DNA from: Tubiluchus corallicola
Taxonomy: Eukaryota > Animalia > Priapulida
Assembly: GCA_030141605.1 (NCBI GenBank)
Contig: JAQGDQ010000779.1
Location: 1-35,871 of the forward strand
Direction: 5' to 3'
Length of the DNA stretch: 35,871 bases
In this document: positions 28,358 to 35,871 of the stretch, piece after piece
Layout: the number at the start of each line of letters is the position of its first letter
Numbering within the stretch: the first letter of the stretch is position 1
Notes under the pieces: model-generated
Seen by the model: only the letters and a program-made list of their open reading frames with translations
What the model was told of the DNA's origin: nothing
Database searches by the model: none
Program-made: the position numbers and the translations under genes

Positions 28358-30466
28358 CTACTTCAATCCGCTTCGTATAAGCAACGCTTCAACATCAGGC
28401 TCATGCCCGCGAAAAGCCACATACAACTCCATAGGATCCTTTGTACCACCCTTCTCCAAAATATTTTTGCGGAATGATGTTGCAGTCTCCTTATTAAAAA
28501 TTCCACTCTCTTTAAACATAGCAAAAGCATCGGCATCCAACACCTCTGCCCATTTATAACTATAATACCCAGCAGAATATCCACCCGCAAATATGTGTGA
28601 AAATGCAGTACTGAGGCAACTACCATCAACCTTGGGGAATAGCTCAGTAGAGCTTATTGCCTCCTGCTCAAACTCCACAACACCAACATTAACAGGCTCC
28701 GTAATGGTGTGCCAGGCCATATCGTTCATCCCAAAACTAAGCTGCCTCTCACTCAAATAACCAGCCTGAAAATTCTTGGCCTCAATCAGCTTACTAACTA
28801 ACTCTGCTGGTATCTTATCCCCAGTCTCATAATGAACTGCAAACAAATCAAGCCACTCCTTCTCAGTAGCCCAGTTTTCCATTATATGGGAAGGAAGCTC
28901 TACAAAATCCCAATACACACTAGTACCAGACATACTTTTGTAAATAGTATTTGCAAACATACCATGTAGTGCATGACCAAACTCATGCAAAAAAGTATTA
29001 ACCTCATAAAAAGTAAGAAGCGATGGCCTCGTCTCTGTAGGCTTAGTGAAATTACAAACCACTGTTACCACCGGACGAACCATATCCCCCCCTACATTAC
29101 TCTGCTTACGATAATTGCTCATCCAGGCCCCGGAACGTTTACCCTCCCTAGGAAAAAAATCCATATACAGCACAGATAAAAACACACCATCTTTGTCATA
29201 CACCTCAAATGCGCTTACATCCTTATGATAGACAGGAATAGCCTTATTCTCCTTAAAACTTATACCATAAAGTCGCTCCGCCAACATAAAAATACCATCA
29301 CGTACTCTCTCCAACTGAAAATAAGGCTTAACATCCTCCTCCTTAAAACCAAACTTTTCCGCTTTAAACTTCTCGGAATAATAGCTCCAGTCCCAACGCT
29401 CCAAATCACCCTTCAACCCTTGCTTAACCGCATAATCCCTTATCGTCTCGTAATCCCTCTTTGCAAAAGGATTTGATGCATTATGTAGCTCTTGTATAAA
29501 ACTATTAACTCGCTCAGGTGTCTTGGCCATTCTCTCATCCAGAACATATTGCGCGTGATTCTCAAACCCCAGCAACTTAGCCCGATCCAAACGCAACTTC
29601 GCTATCTTCTTAACTATCTCTTCATTATTATTGCTATTATCATTATACGCTCGTGAAGAATATGCCCTGTAAAGCTCCTCTCGTCTCTCACGACTATCTG
29701 CAAACTTTAGATAAGGGATAAAACTGGGATGCTGAAGACTGAACATCCACCCATCCTTGTCTTTTGACTTTGCAAGCTGTTCTGCTGCTTCCCTCACTCC
29801 GGCAGGCAAGCCCTCTATCTCTCTCTCATCAGTTATGTGCATAACAAAGGCATTCGTCTCTGCCAAAACATTCTCGCTAAACTGCACTGACAGATTTGAA
29901 AGCTCCGTCATTATCTCTGCATACTGCTCCTTTGCACTCCCTACCAGCATTGCACCTCTCCGTATAAAACCTTTATACTGATTATCAAGAAGCATCTTCT
30001 GCTCAGATGTCAACTTAAGATTACTACTATTATCATAAACCGTTTTTACTCTCTCAAACAGCTTGTCATTCAAGGAAACATAATTATTAAACTCCGTTAA
30101 CAATGGAGTAGCCTCTCTCACAACTGCCTGCAACTCTTCAGATGTCTCAGACGAATTTAAATTATACATAACGCTCACCACCTTGTCAAGCCTTTCACCA
30201 AACATATCCAATGCCACAATAGTGTTATCAAAACAGGGCTCCTCCCTACTATCTACTATAGCATCAATCTCTGCCCTGGCCTCTTTCAGAACAGCATTAA
30301 TAGCAGGAATATAGTGCTCTATCTTTATCTGCTCAAATGGAGGTGTCTGATGCAATGTCTCCCAATCTGAAAGGAGAGGATTTATACCCTTCCGGGTTGT
30401 CTCAGTATTACAAGCTGTCATATTAATTAAAATTATTAATCCAATAATTGATAACTTACATTTCAT
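28358..30466 (-). CDS. dcp: M3 family metallopeptidase (peptidyl-dipeptidase Dcp-like), lipoprotein
   Basis: HEFGH, DFVELPS, KRSGAWM and FSHIFAGGYSAGYYSYKWAEVLDAD; lipobox MTAC. Confidence 0.93.
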   Translation of the reverse strand: MKCKLSIIGLIILINMTACNTETTRKGINPLLSDWETLHQTPPFEQIKIEHYIPAINAVLKEARAEIDAIVDSREEPCFDNTIVALDMFGERLDKVVSVMYNLNSSETSEELQAVVREATPLLTEFNNYVSLNDKLFERVKTVYDNSSNLKLTSEQKMLLDNQYKGFIRRGAMLVGSAKEQYAEIMTELSNLSVQFSENVLAETNAFVMHITDEREIEGLPAGVREAAEQLAKSKDKDGWMFSLQHPSFIPYLKFADSRERREELYRAYSSRAYNDNSNNNEEIVKKIAKLRLDRAKLLGFENHAQYVLDERMAKTPERVNSFIQELHNASNPFAKRDYETIRDYAVKQGLKGDLERWDWSYYSEKFKAEKFGFKEEDVKPYFQLERVRDGIFMLAERLYGISFKENKAIPVYHKDVSAFEVYDKDGVFLSVLYMDFFPREGKRSGAWMSNYRKQSNVGGDMVRPVVTVVCNFTKPTETRPSLLTFYEVNTFLHEFGHALHGMFANTIYKSMSGTSVYWDFVELPSHIMENWATEKEWLDLFAVHYETGDKIPAELVSKLIEAKNFQAGYLSERQLSFGMNDMAWHTITEPVNVGVVEFEQEAISSTELFPKVDGSCLSTAFSHIFAGGYSAGYYSYKWAEVLDADAFAMFKESGIFNKETATSFRKNILEKGGTKDPMELYVAFRGHEPDVEALLIRSGLK

Positions 30467-30478
30467 GTCTAGTCCATT

Positions 30479-31081
30479 TTAAGTTTTTTTTCTCTTATCT
30501 AACTTCACTTTTGTGCTCTTCTTCATCACACTCCAGCCAAACTTGCCAATATGCTCGCCTAAATAATAATAATTTCCGTGCAGGTACGCTATAGGCTTCG
30601 ATCGTTCAAGGCAAAAGGCGCCGGTAGATGGATCTATATAGCTAGTATCGGCAATAACATTTACAACATCGGCTACAAACATATCGTGACTACCGTACGG
30701 AATAACATCTTTTACCCTGCACTCTATACTTACAGGAGACTCTGCTACAATTGGACACTTAACAACCGATGCAGCACCCGGTGTCAACCCGGTCTTCTTA
30801 AACTTATCATAATCCCTGCCGGACTTTACTCCACACCAATCAGCAGCGCGAGCCAACTCTAACGTAGTAAGATTAATAACAAACTCCTTAGTGCGCTTTA
30901 TTATATCGTATGAAAACCTTTCAGGCCTGACAGAAATATAGCACACAGGCGGATTTGTACATATAGTCCCTGTCCATGATATTGTTAGCAAATTGTGTTC
31001 CTCCGGTAAATGCCCGCAACTTACCAGCACAGCAGGCAAAGGATAAAGCATATTTCCAGGCTTCCAGTTTACTTTTCCCAT
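30479..31081 (-). CDS. flavin reductase-like (DIM6/NTAB) family protein
   Basis: YPLPAVLVSC, ISVRPERFS, DWCGVKSG, ESPVSIEC and GSHDMF; ATG at 31081 preferred. Confidence 0.9.
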   Translation of the reverse strand: MGKVNWKPGNMLYPLPAVLVSCGHLPEEHNLLTISWTGTICTNPPVCYISVRPERFSYDIIKRTKEFVINLTTLELARAADWCGVKSGRDYDKFKKTGLTPGAASVVKCPIVAESPVSIECRVKDVIPYGSHDMFVADVVNVIADTSYIDPSTGAFCLERSKPIAYLHGNYYYLGEHIGKFGWSVMKKSTKVKLDKRKKT

Positions 31082-31166
31082 ACACAAACTATTAACTTCT
31101 TTACATTACTTATGCTAGCTTCTCCTTAGCCCCTGCCCAAAAACCAAGCCTCACATCAACCTCACA

Positions 31167-31174
31167 CAAAAATA
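31167..31174 (-). promoter_or_regulatory. possible -7 promoter element for the flavin reductase-dcp-uxuB-uxuA run
   Basis: Minus strand reads TAttTTTG about 85 nt upstream of the start. Confidence 0.3.
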
Positions 31175-31535
31175 CAATTAATTACCACACATTTAAAAAC
31201 AAGTTAATCAATTTGTCCTGCGCCTACTACACACCAACACACCTCCCCGGTATGATAAAAACTAGCTAACTCTTTAAACCATCTACAGTGCAAAACACTT
31301 TACTCCGGTTGAAGAAAAACTAGATAAAAAATCGCTGCTTACTAACGTAAATAGTCGTCCCTTAATAATCAATTTTTGTTGAGAAAAATTTACTATCTGT
31401 ATACTTTTGACCTGGCGTACAATAAAGCCCTCTGGAGGATTAAAAGAAATGTACAATTCGTATTGACGACTACACAACTATTTTTGAAGTAGTGTCATCG
31501 ATACAAAAAAGCCAAAAAATTAAGCTTGTAAATAC

Positions 31536-31655
31536 TTTTGATGAAAAACTACGCTGACGGCTTCGCTATCTTTCCCAAAAACTCGCCTTTTGATAAAAGG
31601 CTAAAACAGAGAAAAGGTTTTTTTAGCTCCGCCTTTCGCTGCATTTCTATCAAAA
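31536..31655. other. structured palindromic intergenic element (REP/MITE- or ncRNA-like)
   Basis: Outer arms ttttgatgaaa / tttctatcaaaa; inner hairpin gcctttt-gat-aaaaggc at 31585-31601. Confidence 0.4.
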
Positions 31656-32019
31656 TCCGTTAAGGGCAGCTTTCTCCGTTTCGCAGAATTTGTAAGGCTC
31701 ATCCGGTTTTGACTTAACGATCTCCCTATCATAACCTGCAAGATTTTACACGGAAGTTACAATAACCCTTGCAACTCAAATTACTATACTATAACTCGTT
31801 AGGCTTTAAATCTTACACCACTAATATCAAACAAATTAAGCTTAATTTAAGGAGCTACTAAACAAGGATCTTAACTAAAATATTAATAAATAGAAAGATG
31901 AACCTTGTAAAAATCCCTCTTCCAAAAGACAGGCTTTACAAAGCGAAATACTTCAGCCCTGTATAATTAGGATTGCAGAAATAACATAGCATACAGCCAA
32001 ACTGAAACTCAGTACTGGG

Positions 32020-33966
32020 CTAGTGCCGGGAAGAATGCTGTTTAAACTGCTCAATACCCACATCGAGAAACTCTTCAAAATCGCTCACATCCAAACTGAA
32101 CCCGCGAGGAGTAGTCAATAACTTGCCGTCAGCATCCATCAACACAAAAAATGGCTGTGTATTGGACTTAAAACGTGACACCTGATAATCTGCGTTCTTT
32201 TTCCCTATGCTATCTTTCACCTTACCATCAAAAGATGAAGTCACCCACTCACTTTCCGGTAACTTTGTCCTATCATCAACATAGAGGGCAATAACCACAA
32301 AATTATCTCTCAGCTTTTTCAATATAGCAGGCTCAGACAAAACACGCCCCTCCATCACTTTGCAATTGGTGCATGCGTGCCCCTTAAACTCAACAAAAAC
32401 CGGCATATTAGCCTCCTTTGCACAAGACATGCCCTGCTCTAAGTCAAAATAGCCTTTCAGACCATCAGGCAAACTAAACTTATCTGCATACTTGGGAGCC
32501 TCACACACCTCCATCAAACCCGGCTGTAAAACAGATACCGACGTATTGTCAAAACCGGCCTCACCCCTTGCCACTCCGGAGATACTCCATGAACGCTCAG
32601 AAGGAAGATACCCCGAAAGGCTCTTTAACGGAGCACCAAATAGGCCGGGAATAAGATAGACAGCAAATGAAAATGATGTAACGGCAAGAAAAAATCTTAA
32701 AATAGTAACACGATCAGTTTCACTATCATGGGGGAATCTTATCTTACCCAATAGGTATACTCCCATCAAAACAGAAAGTACTATCCAGACCGATAAAAAA
32801 ACCTCCCGCTTTATACCCCAACCCAGTATTGCATTAGGCACTAACAAATACTTACTGCCTATCATCAAAATAAGAAATGCAAGAATAACTTTAACAGAGT
32901 TAAGCCACCCTCCCGACTTTGGCAACTTATTCAACCATGAAGGAAACAGTGCCAATATGGTAAAAACTATAGCAAAAGCAGATGAAAAACCAAACATCCC
33001 AACCATCGGCTTCAAAAACACTCCAGTAGCAGCCTCAACAAGAATACTACCTACAAATGGAGCTGTGCATGAAAACGAAACCAAAACAAGAGTCAGAGCC
33101 ATAAAAAATGCCCCCATAAAACCTCCCTTATCCGCCTGCCTATCCGTTTTACTCGTTAGACCAGAGGGCAAAACTATCTCAAACGCTCCAAAAAATGAAA
33201 GTGCAAAAACAAAAAACAGCAAAAAGAAAATAAGATTTGATACCCAGTGGTTACTTACATCTCTTATTACATCAGCACCAAACACTGCCGAAACCAGCAC
33301 ACCTATAAAAGTATATATTAGAATAATAAAAGTTCCAAAAGAAAATGCCTGTATCTTTGCCGAAGTCCTGCTTTTACCAGAATTCATAAAGAACGATACT
33401 GTCATTGGAATCATAGGGTACACACATGGGGTCAGTATCGCTGCTAGCCCCGCAAGCAACGACAATATAAAAAATAAGAACAACCCTTCCCCCTTAAAAG
33501 AAGAAACTTCATCGCCAGCTTCAAACAAAAAATCCACCTCAGAAGGTGGCATACACGTCTCATCGTTGCAAGACATAAACTCAACATATCCCTTGATAGA
33601 TATCGGCCCTGCTGTTTTTAACCTTATTCTCTGTAAAAACTTTGCTTTATTACTGTACCACCCAAGCTCCATATTAAACGAAGGATCAATCTGGTATGAA
33701 GGCTCAGATAGAGGTTTCATACCCCCCAAAAGCTCATAGCTATCCAGTGGCTCAAAATGAAAAGTAGTCTTAATAGGCCCTCCTTCCGGCAAGTCAGTAG
33801 AATATAGGTGCCACCCCTTATCTATTGTAGCCTCAAAAAAAAGCTCTAAAACATCATCATCAGTACCGGGACTCTGTGAAAACGACCACTTAATAGGCTC
33901 AACTATTTGTGAGGACAACGACAAATAGGAAAAAAAAACAATAGCCGTAACAATAAAGCTTCTCAT
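32020..33966 (-). CDS. dsbD: thiol:disulfide interchange protein, DsbD family
   Basis: N-domain SCNDETC, transmembrane TPCVYP and SCTAP, C-terminal thioredoxin CTNC; ATG at 33966 preferred over TTG at 33981. Confidence 0.9.
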   Translation of the reverse strand: MRSFIVTAIVFFSYLSLSSQIVEPIKWSFSQSPGTDDDVLELFFEATIDKGWHLYSTDLPEGGPIKTTFHFEPLDSYELLGGMKPLSEPSYQIDPSFNMELGWYSNKAKFLQRIRLKTAGPISIKGYVEFMSCNDETCMPPSEVDFLFEAGDEVSSFKGEGLFLFFILSLLAGLAAILTPCVYPMIPMTVSFFMNSGKSRTSAKIQAFSFGTFIILIYTFIGVLVSAVFGADVIRDVSNHWVSNLIFFLLFFVFALSFFGAFEIVLPSGLTSKTDRQADKGGFMGAFFMALTLVLVSFSCTAPFVGSILVEAATGVFLKPMVGMFGFSSAFAIVFTILALFPSWLNKLPKSGGWLNSVKVILAFLILMIGSKYLLVPNAILGWGIKREVFLSVWIVLSVLMGVYLLGKIRFPHDSETDRVTILRFFLAVTSFSFAVYLIPGLFGAPLKSLSGYLPSERSWSISGVARGEAGFDNTSVSVLQPGLMEVCEAPKYADKFSLPDGLKGYFDLEQGMSCAKEANMPVFVEFKGHACTNCKVMEGRVLSEPAILKKLRDNFVVIALYVDDRTKLPESEWVTSSFDGKVKDSIGKKNADYQVSRFKSNTQPFFVLMDADGKLLTTPRGFSLDVSDFEEFLDVGIEQFKQHSSRH

Positions 33967-34032
33967 AATTATAACTACCAATATTTAAACAATAAAAAAA
34001 ATCGGCTTGGCACACCACAGATAAACTATGCC

Positions 34033-35220
34033 TTAAAAAACCACCTCCTCCATATTATGATCAAAATACTTTGAATCAAGGAGGCCTAAAGAGGCTGCAC
34101 TCTCAACCTTAATCCTTTTCTTATATTTCAACATCCACTTTAGCCTGACAGAAGGAAACCCTTTCGTTATAAAAGCTGCAACATAGGGGTGCAACCTTAT
34201 TATCAGCGCTTTCTTATCAAAATCGTTAAAAGCGCACTTCACTTTCTGCTCCATCTCATCCACAAACAATACTGTCGGAGCTACCTTACCAGTTCCCTTG
34301 CAGGCAGGACAAGACTCAGCAGTCTCAATATTCATTTCAGGCCTAACCCGCTGCCTCGTGATCTGCATCAAACAAAACTTGCTCAAAGGCAAAATATTAT
34401 GCTTCGTTCGGTCTGCACTCATCGCCTCTTTCATCTTCTCAAAAACCTTACGCCGGTTTTCACTCTTGTGCATGTCAATAAAATCGACAACAATAATTCC
34501 GCCCATATCTCTAAGCCGCAACTGCCTTGCTATCTCCTCGGCAGCAGCCTGGTTAACCTCAACAGCATTGGACTCCTGATCGTTAGCCTTAGAGCGATTA
34601 CCACTATTCACATCAATAACATGAAAAGCTTCGGTATGCTCAATAATAAGGTAAGCTCCGTTTCTAAAAGACACCGTTTTACCAAAAGATGCCTTTATCT
34701 GTTTATCTACACCAAAATGCTCAAAAATAGAAGCCCTGCCATCATAATTTTTGACAATTTTATTTTTGTCAGGGTCAATCGTACTCAAATAGTCCTTAAT
34801 CTCTACTGCAACATTCACATCATTGACATAAATATTATTAAAATCAGGACTATATAAGTCTCTAAGTAACGCTGTAGTTCTATCAAGCTCGCCCAGAACC
34901 AAAGAAGGAATATTCCTACTCATCAACTTGGCCGCTGCACCTTCAAACTTCGTAACCAACCGCTTCAACTCCTGATCCAACTCTGCAACACGCTTCCCCA
35001 CTGAGGCAGTACGCACTATAACCCCATACTTCTTGGGGCGAATACTCTCTACCAAACTCTTTAACCTGCTTTTCTCATCGCCAGGCTGAATCTTTTGCGA
35101 AACAGAAACCTTGTCTCCAAAAGGCATTAATACCATATTGCGACCTGCAACAGATATTTCAGAAGTAAGCCGAGGGCCTTTAGTCGAAATCGGTTCCTTT
35201 GCAACCTGCACTAAGATAAG
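34033..35220 (-). pseudogene. rng: ribonuclease E/G (Rne/Rng family), 5'-truncated or interrupted
   Basis: VQVAKEPISTKGPRLT, IDVNSG, ARQLRLRDMGGIIVVDFIDM and CPACKGTG; homology starts in the latter part of the S1 domain and the usual N-terminal region is absent upstream. Confidence 0.8.
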
Positions 35221-35534
35221 GCTCAAAACAAAACGTACATATAAGCAAATAACAAAACAGCAGCAAAACCCACTGTTTATAAGGGATACAGCCTATATAT
35301 AAAAACAAGCCCAGCAAAACGAAATGTACATTTATGCTATTTTACCACTAATTTTTAAAGCAGATATGTAACAGAACCTACCTATATGCTAATATAAGCC
35401 ATACAAACAGCCTAATAAGCCTTAAAACATAGATATAACAGCAATATAGACACACGGTAACATGCAGGCAAAAAACAGCCTATACAGGGGGTAAAAAGCC
35501 CCCATTTTTTATGCAAAAAAACAGCCTGAAAAAT

Positions 35535-35582
35535 AGTTGGGGTTACAGTTGGGGTTACAGTTGGGGTTACATTTGAGGTAAA
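35535..35582. repeat. 12-bp tandem repeat agttggggttac x3 plus one degenerate copy
   Basis: Exact copies at 35535, 35547 and 35559; atttgaggtaaa at 35571. Confidence 0.9.
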
Positions 35583-35709
35583 AAAATGGGCTTTAAACCA
35601 CTTGAAAACGACATAAAAACACTGTTTAAAGCCTTTTTTTAGCCTTATAATTACTCAAAACGACACAAGGGAAAAGCTTTAAAAACTGTGTGTTAAATAT
35701 ATGCCTGTC

Positions 35710-35747
35710 TATTAGTGGCTTATGGTTTTTACCACAAGCCACTAATA
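35710..35747. terminator. 17-bp inverted repeat, terminator-like or operator-like
   Basis: tattagtggcttatggt-tttt-accacaagccactaata with one mismatch. Confidence 0.5.
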
Positions 35748-35810
35748 TATCAATGCACAATTCGTATCTTAGCGTTATATATAATTCCTGCGAGTTTGTG
35801 ATTATTATAA

Positions 35811-35841
35811 TTTGCATTTATAAAATTTTGATATATCTTTG
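35811..35841 (+). promoter_or_regulatory. Bacteroidota housekeeping-sigma promoter pointing right, out of the window
   Basis: TTTG (35811-14), 19 nt, TAtcTTTG (35834-41): exact match to the -33/-7 consensus. Confidence 0.6.
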
Positions 35842-35871
35842 TTAAAAGAATAAGAGTATAAACACCTCTTA

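Larger units (their letters stand above)
35221..35871. mobile_element. probable terminus of an inserted mobile element (transposon or transposable prophage) extending beyond the window
   Basis: Abrupt junction with rng; 27-bp imperfect direct repeats at 35224-35250 and 35315-35341; 12-bp tandem array; non-coding; no transposase or integrase visible in the window. Confidence 0.55.

Noticed and set aside
32957-33739. 260-aa plus-strand ORF, and similar antisense ORFs at 27409-27993, 27878-28477 and 34189-34857
   Set aside because: They shadow well-supported minus-strand genes, have no recognisable motifs, and are expected from the strand bias.
35626-35869. short minus-strand ORFs at the right edge (63 aa, and a 39-codon open frame ending at 35750)
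   Set aside because: AT-rich, no recognisable motif, and overlapping a consensus plus-strand promoter and a hairpin; cannot be supported.
1-35871. tRNA, rRNA or known riboswitch
   Set aside because: None recognised by eye; a covariance-model search would be needed to exclude them.

Overview
A 35.9-kb chromosomal segment from an anaerobic Bacteroidales-type genome (taxon inferred from gene content and promoter motifs). In order it carries: a trimeric group A [FeFe]-hydrogenase (hydC-hydB-hydA) plus hydG; a minus-strand four-gene surface-protein locus (two signal-peptide Ig-like proteins, a T9SS type-B CTD protein, a PorP/SprF partner); tsaB, efp and kbl; a SusC/SusD locus with an SGNH hydrolase, an unannotated decayed sialidase remnant, three Cys-type sulfatases and a PfkB kinase; uxuA/uxuB-like genes, an M3 peptidase, a flavin reductase and a DsbD-like protein; and an RNase E/G gene cut at its 5' end by what looks like the end of a mobile element. 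The best candidate for an undescribed system is the T9SS locus: three proteins share an N-terminal Ig-like module, two end in a conserved PAT-x-x-I-x-T-[DN] tail, and only the third has a T9SS CTD. This suggests a strand-complemented surface filament anchored through the T9SS, which is an inference and untested. All calls come from reading the sequence by eye; no searches were run.
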